This document shows positions 10,978 through 20,000 of a DNA stretch of 20,000 nt, one piece after another; position 1 is the first letter of the stretch; the number at the start of each line of letters is the position of its first letter. The notes under the pieces were generated by a model. The model searched no databases, was not told where the DNA came from, and saw nothing but the letters and a program-made list of their open reading frames with translations. The stretch lies in contig ML992510.1 in NCBI GenBank assembly GCA_010093995.1, positions 53,768 to 73,767 on the forward strand, read 5' to 3'. This stretch comes from Elsinoe ampelina. Taxonomy: Eukaryota. The translations under genes were made by a program, and so were the position numbers.

Positions 10978-11236
10978 TGTTGACTTGTGTGGGGGAGGAA
11001 AAAGGATTAATTACTGCCTAAACTACCAAAATAAGGTAGATTGTAACTACATAAATACTTAACCTAGTATACTAAAAGATAGCTAAATTAAAAGAACTCC
11101 TTAATAGTAGCAGATTAAGACAATAATTATCTAATTTAATTATAGATTAGTAAAATAGTAAGATAGTGTTTAGTTTAACCTTAGGATAAACTAAATTAGA
11201 GTCTTCTTAGCGCTCTAGCTTATGCCTTAGTTAATA
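10978..11236 (-). repeat. Putative 3' LTR of the Copia element (~259 bp)
   Basis: Begins TGTTGAC at 10978 and ends GTTAATA at 11236. GTTAATA is the RIP product of GTCAACA, the exact inverted complement of TGTTGAC. On the minus strand it is preceded by a PPT-like AAAGGGGT(G) at 11237-11245. The second LTR copy is not in the window. Confidence 0.6.
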
Positions 11237-13049
11237 TACCCCTTTACTAAGTAGCTATAACTCTATAATAGCTAGTTAGTAGACTACTAACTTAAAGAAT
11301 AGCTATTATAAGAAGGCCTTATACCTCCTAGGTAGTAATAATTTAGTAAATCTATTAGCTAGTATATCTACTAATAGTATTTATATAACTAAGATAGGAC
11401 TAGATAGATCTCTAGCTTAATTAATCTCTTGTTTTAGCTAATAATAATAAATATTAATATAGTAAAGATATATATTTAGCTTCTTAATTAAAGTAGTAAT
11501 AAGACTAATAGTTTACTAATTATTATACTAAATACTAACATATTTAAGGGGATAGATAGAGGCTATTAGCCTTCTCTACTATATAGCTTACTTAGTAGTC
11601 TCTATAAGAGTAAGTAGCTTAGCCTCTATAGTTAATATTATAACTATTAGTTACTTTATAGCCTTCTAATTAATTAATCCTTAAAACATCTTAAAGAGAT
11701 AGCCTTAAAGGCTCTTCCTTATTAGGTAGCTACTAAAGCTAGTATCTAATAAAGCTTAGAAGATTAGTAGTAGTATTAAGCTATTAAAGGTAAAAGCTAA
11801 ATCTTTAGTTTTATAGAGATATTAGATTACTCTATTTACTATTCTCTAGTAAGTTAGTAATAGATTTATTAGATACTCTAATAATCTAGAAGTAGTAAAG
11901 GCTATATTAGGCCTTATAATAACTACTATAAAGTTAATAGATCTAACCTTTTACTAATATAGGTAGATCTCTTATAGTAATACTTAGCCTTTATAAGGTT
12001 AAAGTATCTTAATTAGTAGTAGTATTAACACTAGCCTTATTAGTTCTATAATAAACTTACTATATATCTATTATATATACTAGGCTTAGCTAAGCTAGAG
12101 TTTCTTTATTAGTCTATCCCTTATAACTTAGATAGCTAGAAACTAGCTTAGATCTCTAAGTACCTTTATCTTAGATTTAGTATAGAGAGCTATAATAATA
12201 GTATTAGCTTTCTCTTTATACTTCTTAAGGTATATAATAGTAATATTATCTACAAAGAAGAAGATTATTACATTAGGAATTAGCTAGAGGTAAGGAGCCT
12301 TAGGGGCCTAAGTAAAACTAATACTCTTTAGAGTAGTAGTAAATTTAGTATACTAGAGAGCTAGAGCTTATTTAAGACTATATAAGACCTTATTAAGTAA
12401 GAGAATTATATCTAATAGAGTAATACTAGGATAGTCCTTTATAAGATCCTCTATAACTAGCTTAAATCTAGTAGAGATAGTATAGTATATAGTCTTATTA
12501 ATAGGACTATTAATATAGGTATTAATAATATCTATCTAGATAGCCTCTATATCTTTATAAGTAAGTAATACTATAAGTATTCTAAAGATCTTAGCTACTA
12601 GAGTTACTATATAAGTCTTATATAGACTCTTACTTTATACTTTATAACCTCTCCTTTATTATTAACTTTATAGATAAACATCTATATTAAAGAGATAGGC
12701 TTATTAGTAGCTTAAGCTACTAGTATAATAGTCTATATATATTTTAAGTATAAAGTAAGTAATTTAACCTTTATAGCCTCTTAAAATTGCTTCTTATAAG
12801 GATAAGCCTTAAGTTCTTTAATATTAGCTAGTAGTAGTAGAAGATTGTCTCTTAATTCTAGCTTAGGCTAAGTTAGTATTATTAATAGATAAGTATTAAA
12901 GGCTTAGTAATATCTAAGAGCATTATTAGTTTATATAAGAGTAGAAATATATACTTACCTTCTTAGTTTTCTTATTCTTCTTATTATAAGAATATATTTA
13001 GGAAAAAGATTAGCTAACCTTATAGTAATTCTTTAAGGGGTTTACTTAG
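10978..13049 (-). mobile_element. Ty1/Copia LTR retrotransposon relic, 3' part (RT, RNase H, PPT, 3' LTR), interrupted at 13049 by the Gypsy insertion
   Basis: Minus-strand motifs as read, with the de-RIP interpretation in brackets: PISLI*MFIYK ~12660-12700; KVLYSLK*A [KALYGLKQA] ~12360-12392; IFFFVDNI [FVDD] ~12242-12265; LDTSF..RKSL*GY [SDASF] ~11700-11750; *KAIK*LIVIILTIEAKLLTL [WKATKQ..V..STTEAELLAL] ~11605-11668; INIYYY*LKQE [VDIHHHWLKQE] ~11425-11458; ILANRFTKLL [MLADGFTK] ~11335-11366. Confidence 0.88.
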
Positions 13050-13236
13050 TGTTAAAGCCTTATATTAAAGCTACGTATATCGTAATATAGAGAACGCCTA
13101 TCTAACTAAACAGTCTATTAGTAGTAGAACTAATTACTGTCGAGTCCTAGGCATAAGCGCCGCGTAGAATATCTAGGTATATTATATAAGCGGGACTAGC
13201 CGCTACTAAGTGCCGCTCTAATACTATGCCCTTATA
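13050..13236 (-). repeat. 3' LTR of the Gypsy element (187 bp)
   Basis: Runs TGTTAAAGCC...GCCCTTATA. Aligns without gaps to 19713-19899 with 20 mismatches by manual count, all transitions. Confidence 0.95.
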
Positions 13237-13256
13237 ATTGCCTTCTCCTCTAGGGG
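13237..13256 (-). promoter_or_regulatory. Polypurine tract (PPT) of the Gypsy element
   Basis: The minus strand reads AGAGGAGAAGGCAAT immediately before the 3' LTR. Confidence 0.75.
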
Positions 13257-13722
13257 AGCTGTCCTTAGCTCCTTACTAGTATATAAATGTATAATTATAA
13301 ACGAAAGTAATATAGGCCTTAAGGCATTTTCTATTATATGTTATACATAAACTATATACTACTTAGTTATTGTAGTCCCGACAATCTAGGTCTAAGGAGG
13401 TATTTATCTAGTCGCTATAGTATTAAAGCTAATTAGTAGCAACAATATTACTTTTCCTTAAAATTCCTAGTAGTACTATAGGGGATATACGCTCTACGCT
13501 AGTAGCTATAATAAAGATATAGTATACTAGAGGTTAGTATATATAACCTTACTATTGCCCCTTACTTTCTCTCTTCTATATATTAAAACACATTTTTATT
13601 TTCTTAGACCTCTACTTTAATATAGCGCTTCTTACTCGACTTGTACTTACTTTATAATATCTACTCCTTTATATAATATATATAGCTCTAGCTCTTATTA
13701 GCCTTCTATAACTCTCTTAGGT

Positions 13723-14394
13723 ATGCCTTATATAACCCCTACTAGCGTAGGTCCTACGCTAGCTTCTCTCTACTATAGGTATACCGTAGGCGTTAATAAG
13801 GGTAAGTATAGTCTATTTAAATACAATTCGTAACTAATACGTAGTAGAATTTAACTACATTAGTAGGAATTTTAGCACCCTTACTAAGAAGAAGTATACT
13901 TACTATATTAAGAGTTACTACACCTATAAGCTACTTCTACCTTACCTATATAGTAACTATATAGCTATATATAACGTATTTAACTCGCTTACGAAGATTA
14001 ATAATAACAATAACAACGTACCTACGAACTATATAACTCTTAATAAGACCCTTAAGGACTTTAAGAATTTGTTAAAGGCATACTATACTAATAAGAACAA
14101 GGTTACTAGTAAGGCATCTATACCTCGTACTAGCCGTATAGGTGCCGTATATAGCGCACTTAACTAGGAGAAGGTAGTAGAGCTTTAGAAGATTAGGAGG
14201 ACCTTAACTACCTTAGTAGTAGTCGGATAAGAGGTATATTAGCTATGTTACTTATATGTCTATCTTATAACTAATATGCTTAGATAGTGTATAATACTAG
14301 TAGGTCGACTAAGCACTCCGATAGGATTATAGCTAGAGGGGAGTTTTTTAAGAATAAGAATAAGATTAAGAAGAATAATAAGAATAGAAAGTAG
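13723..14394 (+). pseudogene. Antisense accessory gene relic inside the Gypsy element; predicted exons 13723-13801, 13845-14233, 14284-14394 (~192 aa); Cys-cluster-like after de-RIP
   Basis: ATG at 13723. Intron 13802-13844 reads GTAAGT..CTAAT..TAG and intron 14234-14283 reads GTATAT[GTATGT]..CTAAT..TAG. There are 106 consecutive stop-free codons (13847-14164) in stop-saturated RIP DNA. The three internal stops (14165, 14186, 14228) are all revertible to CAG/CAA. Confidence 0.65.
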
Positions 14395-14619
14395 TAGGGT
14401 AGTTATATACGAGCTAGGTATATATCTCTAGCGCTATACCTATAAGGTCTTATATATAGTATAGAAGTTTATAGCGTTTAGAATAATACCTATATAGCTA
14501 GTATAAGCGTAGTACTTTATTAAAATGTATTACTCTAGATAAGGAGTCTATTCTTTAACTAATTTATATACTTATATAATCTAACTACTTATATGCTCTA
14601 TAATCTATATCTTCTATAA

Positions 14620-17600
14620 CTCTTCTTAGGCGCTCTCGACTATAACTTATATATAGTAATTAGCTCTCTTATATTTATATAATTCTCTTTAGGTTCCTAG
14701 CTATTAAACTTAATAGGCTAGTCCTTCTACTTTACTAAGTAGAATACCTTACCCTTTATAGTTCTCTTACCTAGGATTTTCTCTACTATCTACTTATCTA
14801 CTTTATCTACGAGAGGTATACTCTCTTTTAGCTCTTTACTAGCTCTACCTATCTATAGTTTAAGAAGAGATATATAAAAGATATTATAGATATAATACTA
14901 ACTCGGTAAGGCTAGGTAATACACCTATAATCTAATTATGTTAAGTATACGAAATAGGCTAAGGAATTGTAGTTCTATCTTCTTCTTTAGTATAGGTAGC
15001 TATAAGTTCTTAGCTAAGAGTAGTACTAAGTTATCTACGCTATATACTCTTAGTATATACTTCTTATTATAGTACTTAGCCTAGTAGATAGAAGCCTTTT
15101 TCTATTACTCTACTAGCTTAGTATATATATCTTATAAGCGTTATACTAACTCTAATACTACTAGCACTCTTCCCCCTAAAGTCTTATTCTAAGACTTAAT
15201 AGCTATTACCTCTAACTTAGGATAGTAGCTATATATTATCTAGAAGAGGCTTATATATAGCGTAGTATAAACGCTATTATTGCTTACAAATTCCACTTAA
15301 GATAGATATTTAGCCTAGTTGTTCTATAGTTCTATATAGTAGTACCTTAGGTACTATTCTAATATCTAGTTCTACTACTTAGTCTAACTATCTATCTATA
15401 GGTCGAAGGCTATACTAAGCCTATACTTTATATATGTCTTATAATAGAAATTGCTCTAGAACTAGCTAGTAAAGACTAATCCTCGATTACTTATAATACT
15501 CCTTAGAACTCTATAGTAGCGAATTATATAGTCTTATATAATCTCTATAAGATCTAAGAAAGTATACTTCTTAGTAGTTAGAATATATAGTAACATCTTA
15601 GTGTAATAGTCTATAATTACTAGTACTATATTATAGATACTATTACCTTACTTACTTAGTAGTAGGTTAGTAATAAAATCTATTATAATTTCTTACTATA
15701 GGTAGTCTAGTATAGGTAGCGTATATAGCTCGCTATAGAGGTAGTAGTAGTACACCTTATACTTCTAGTAAACTTAGTATAACTATACGTAGTTATTAAT
15801 ATCTTTCCTTATAGTTACCTAGAAGTACTTTCTTAAGAGAAGCTTAAGTATCTTATCTCTACTAAAGTAACTAGCCTAATTACTATTATAGTATATACGT
15901 AGTACCTACGCCTTTAGGGCACTATTATTTAGGATAACTAGTGTATTATAGTAGAATAAGAGGTTACTCTATAGATTCTATAGCGTCTTACTCTTGTCTC
16001 TACTACTTCCCGCTTATAAATGTAGCTTTATAATCTTAGAGTCTTATCTCTATAGTAGCTCTATAACTAATAATAGATTAGTAGAGAGATCTTTAAAGGG
16101 ATCCTCTCTTATAGTTACTATAACTACGACTCGCTAGGTTATTAGAAGCCCCTAGGAGTTCTTAGAAGAAAAGTTACTACTATATAGCGTATAGATAGCC
16201 TAGGCCTAGCCTAGAGTAGCCTCGTATATAGCGTAAATATGTCTAACTAGCGGAGTAGCTTCCTTAGCGTTAGTAGTCTAGTCCTATATATAAAGCTTAT
16301 TCTAAAGAGTAGAAAGGAGATATAATATCTCTTACTCTTTCGCTACGTAGTTAGAGCGCCTTAAAGGCGTGTTAGCTAGGTTTCTTATGCCTAGCTAATA
16401 CTCTATTATAAAGTTAAAGGTAGCAAGGAAAGTAGCCTAGTAAGCTTATTAGCTATTTAGCTATTTTAGCTTTATAAATCCTCGGAGGTTGTTATAGTTA
16501 GTAAGCACTTAAATCGCATATATAGCACCTTTAAGGTAGTATTACTATTACTTAAAAGTATATACAATTACTAGAAGCTCTTAGTTATAAGTCTTATAGT
16601 TATATTTAGTAGAGATTATCTTTCTTAACTAGAAGGTAATAGAGTACTAAGCACTATTAAATAGCTATAATAATATTGCTACTACTATAAACTTTAATAT
16701 ATTACTTTTAATACGTAAAGGTAGTATAGAATTATAGTAGCGAAGAATAGAGACATATGTAAAAGTATCTCTAATATTCTTAAATGCCTACTATTCGCTT
16801 ATACCCTATACGAAAGAGCTATACTTACGACCTTTAACTAAGCCTTTAAGGAGGCTAGAGAGGAGAGTAATAATCTTAGAGTAGTGCTATATAAAGCGCT
16901 AATAGAAGTTTATAAAGCTAGTAAACTACTAGACTTTATAATAGCTTTTTAGCCTTAGCTAGTTCTTAATTATAATTACTTTACTTAGATCTATTAAGAC
17001 GCCTATAGTAGAGATAATATAGCTAAGGAATTCTACCTCCTTAGTAAAGAATTTATACTTCTTAAGGCTAGTATATAAAGTAAACTTCTATAGTCTTATA
17101 AGAATCTTACATATATAGTATATATAGTTCTTCCTTAAGTTACTATAGATAAGAATATTATTAAGGTAGACAACATAGATAGTATCTACTAGCCCCTCTA
17201 GTATATAATTAATATATACTTAGAAGGTAGCTAAGGCATTAGTTAACCTAAAGAGTATAACTAAATACTTAAAGTAGCTATAGTATATATAGAATATAGT
17301 CTTCTACTCGTTGCTATACCTAATAGAGATCCTATAGTAGACATCCTTAAGATTTAACTTCGAAAACTACTAGGCTTACCTAAGCTAATTAAGTATCTCG
17401 CTAATAAGTAGAAGTAGGTAGCGATTCTTAATAGTTACCTCGTTTAAGCCTTAATAATTTATATATAAGCGTAGACTACTATCTTTCTTAGGTATAAATA
17501 AGATAGAAGTACCTACCTTACTTATAGAGTACCTAATCTACCTATTTAATTAAGTAGTCTCGAGATAGTCCTTAAGTACTTTAAGCTCCTTAACTAAGAG

Positions 17601-18400
17601 ATTGTATAAGGGCTAGAATAGAGGTCTCTTACCTAGCTCTAGCTTAATTATATACTCTATACCTAGTAGGTATAGTAGGTTAGTAATGTCCTTATATATA
17701 AAGATATTAAAGAACTCTACGAACTCTAGCGAAAAAGCTAGGTTATCTATAGCGTAAGTACTCTCCTTAGATAAAGTCTATACTATAGTATATGTTAAGA
17801 ATATAGCTCTCTCTAGATAATTAGGCTATAAAGTTATATAACTCTAAGTTATATAATGCTAAGGCCTAGAGATTTATAGCTGTTCTTTCTTCTAGTAGAT
17901 AGACTCCTTAATTAATTAACTCGTCTATTACCTAATTAGTGTACAATTAGTTCTATACAATATTCTACCCTTAAACGTGCCTTCCGCTTAATAGTATACA
18001 CTCTTAGCTTATTCTTAAGGTCCTTTATAAAGTCTTCTAGTTCGCGTAAGTAAACTATATATAAGAAGTAGCTATATAACTAGTTATCTATAGTGCTATT
18101 TATAATTATATATTATCTTCTTCGCTATAGGCGCCCTAAGATAACTAGAGGGCCTAGTTCTAAGTCTATAGTATAGAAGAGGCTAATTGTCTCCCTAAGG
18201 TTACTATAGGAGTCTACTAGACATATACGAAGCTAGTATATACTATAGTAGAATCTAGCTTACTCTATAAAGGAAGATATACTTAGATACTAAGTATGCT
18301 TAACCCTTAGTAAATTATAACGTAGAGTAAATACCTATAATATAAGATTAACTTCTATATAGTTATCTATAAGAAACGTGTAGCCTTTACGCTCTATAGG
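14620..18400 (-). pseudogene. Gypsy pol relic: protease (~18330-18390), RT (~16950-17660), RNase H (~16350-16790), integrase (~14900-15930), chromodomain (~14646-14798)
   Basis: Protease: FLIDNYIEVNLI. RT: KDSSLRLYINY*GLNEVTIKNRYLLLLI [LCVDYRGLN..NRYPLP], VVYLNNILIYS [YLDD] and EFLSYIIS..GVLIDLSKV. RNase H: SNILKFIVVAIL [SDASKFAV], *ELLVIVYTFK***YYLKG and VLTNYNNLR [TDHNNL]. Integrase: HHCC zinc finger, IDFITNL, RGLVFTS and F..*IDS*TK [QTDGQTE]. Chromodomain: VEKILGKR...FYLVK*KD*PIKFNS*EPKEN. Confidence 0.92.
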
Positions 18401-19690
18401 CGCTATAATAGCGCTATTATAGGGCGGCGATAGGTAAGTATTAATTAGAAGAGGGGAAAGGCTTAGTTACGCTCCTTAGCTAAGCCCTTAGAGTTTCCTA
18501 ACTTAGAGTTATTAGACTTATCTATAGTAGTAACCTTATACACTATATAAGACTCGTTGTCCTTCTATAGGTGCTTCGACCTATACTCTAGCTTAATATA
18601 ACTAGTTTTACTATAGCTATAGTACTTAGTATTCTTCTTCTACTTATTAGAAGAACTCTCTTACTCTCTAGCCTATTTAGTAGGTAGATCGGCGGCATTA
18701 CGCTTGCGCTAAGTAGGCTAGCTACTACTAGGCTAATAGCGATATTCCCCTTAGGATCTACTATAACTACTACGCTTATATAGGTAGTTAGGTTTATTCT
18801 TATATATAGTACACTTACTACTAGTATAGTCCGTTAACTCGATATAGAAGCCTAGGGACACTAATTCTTAATAGATAGCTAGGATAGTATAGTACTTAAT
18901 AATAGTAGTATATAGCGTAGGCTATAGCTTTATAAGGAGGTAGTATACTCTCTACTCTTTAGAGTAGAGCGCTAGTTACTCCTCTAGAGTAGTAAGTTCC
19001 GAGGTAAAAGCCTAAATAGACTAGCCCTTATATTGTTAAGCGCCCTTATATACGAGAGTTATATGTACTTTATAGTTAATAGAATTATTAACTACATTCT
19101 ACACGAACTAGCGGAATTGCTTCTATATATAGCCTTCTAGGCTATCTACGTAGTAGTAGTAGTACTATATCTTATCTAGCTTACCTATAAGAAATATAAC
19201 TCTATATAGCACCTTCTACTAGTTAGTAGAGTAAGCCTTAGAGGCTAGAGTAAAGATAACCTCGAGATTCTTTAGGAAGGATCTTACCTCTTTTAGAGTC
19301 TTACTCTAGTAGAGATAAGGTTTCCTTAGTTAAGGTTATTTAGAGAATAGTCTTATAAATAGTCTACTACTGCTATATATACTCTATATACTAGCGTTGC
19401 TTAATATATACTCTATAGAGGTATATAAGCTATAACCGAAGCTAGTAGAGGTATATTCTATATTATATATATAATATATTTACTTAATCTCTTCCTCGAG
19501 GCTCTAAGCCTTAAGTTCTAGCTCTAAGCACTTATACTTAGTATATAGGCGTAGTAGCTACTTCTCGAGAGTCTCCTTAACCTCTAGGGAAGTCTACTTA
19601 ATAGAGTCTATCTTAGTAACATTAATAACATAAGGTACTAGTGTCTCGCTAGTAGAGTTCTAGTTATCTATAGAGTCTAATAGATTATAA
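18400..19690 (-). pseudogene. Probable gag region of the Gypsy element (heavily RIP-degraded)
   Basis: Called by position between the 5' LTR and the protease motif. A possible degraded zinc-knuckle lies near 18850-18920 but cannot be read confidently. Confidence 0.55.
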
Positions 19691-19712
19691 CTATAGGTAG
19701 AGTAATTAGAAC

Positions 19713-19899
19713 TATTAAAGCCTTATATTAAAGCTATATATGTCGTAATATAGAGAATACCTATCTAACTAAATAGTCCGTTAGTAGTAGAACTAATTAC
19801 TATCGAGTCCTAGGCGTAAGCGCTATATAGAATATCTAGGTGTATTACGTAAGCGGGACTAGCCGCTACTAAGTGCCGCCCTAATGCTATGCCCTTATA
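19713..19899 (-). repeat. 5' LTR of the Gypsy element (187 bp)
   Basis: Runs TATTAAAGCC (TG->TA by RIP)...GCCCTTATA and is followed by the TSD CTTAG. Direct repeat of 13050-13236. Confidence 0.95.
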
Positions 19900-20000
19900 C
19901 TTAGGCTAAGCTTTAACTACCCCTTTAGTCTAAACTTCTATCTTATCTTTCTTAGCTTTATCTTCTCCTATTAGTAGAGGAGATAGCTATACTACTATAG
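19900..20000 (-). mobile_element. Probable continuation of the interrupted Copia element (integrase-RT linker side)
   Basis: RIP-type sequence resumes after the TSD. The assignment follows from nesting logic only; no diagnostic motif is seen in these 100 bp. Confidence 0.5.

Larger units (their letters stand above)
13050..19899 (-). mobile_element. Full-length Ty3/Gypsy chromovirus LTR retrotransposon (6850 bp), RIP-inactivated, with 5-bp TSD CTTAG
   Basis: 187-bp direct LTRs at 13050-13236 and 19713-19899. CTTAG flanks the element at 13045-13049 and 19900-19904. Minus-strand domain order is PR-RT-RH-IN-chromodomain. A polypurine tract lies next to the left LTR. Confidence 0.95.
10978..20000. 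other. AT-rich RIP-mutated repeat block (nested retrotransposons)
   Basis: Abrupt loss of CpA/TpG and excess of TpA after ~11.0 kb. The ORF track has no ORFs here. Recognisable pol motifs carry TGG->TAG, CAA->TAA and CAG->TAG changes. Confidence 0.95.

Noticed and set aside
13996..14020. AAT/AAC run (also the AAGAAT run near 14350-14390) as microsatellites
   Set aside because: They are imperfect, in frame with the antisense gene relic, and better explained as RIP-altered low-complexity codons.
11000..20000. AT-rich half as organelle DNA, contamination, alternative genetic code or CRISPR-like array
   Set aside because: It is fully explained by RIP-mutated Copia and Gypsy sequence: stops map to TGG/CAA/CAG codons in conserved motifs, and no regularly spaced repeats are present.

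Overview
Fungal (filamentous ascomycete-type) genomic DNA in two sharply divided halves. Positions 1-10.9 kb are GC-balanced and hold five genes: a 5'-truncated Dom34/Pelota with an unusually divergent middle domain, a GH38 Ams1-type alpha-mannosidase (minus strand, 4 exons), a Pcd1/NUDT7-type CoA Nudix hydrolase ending in a PTS1-like signal, a CmkA/Cmk1-type Ca2+/calmodulin-dependent kinase (5 exons, with a 7-nt first coding exon), and a secreted GH43_24-type beta-1,3-galactanase with a CBM35-like module. From ~10.98 kb to the end the DNA is AT-rich, TpA-saturated and RIP-mutated. There, a minus-strand Ty1/Copia relic is interrupted by a complete 6.85-kb minus-strand Ty3/Gypsy chromovirus with 187-bp LTRs and a CTTAG target-site duplication. 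The most notable observation is an extra antisense gene relic between the chromovirus pol and its 3' LTR: it has two introns and, once RIP changes are reverted, a Zn2Cys6-like cysteine pattern. All exon boundaries and de-RIP reconstructions were made by eye and are unverified by search.
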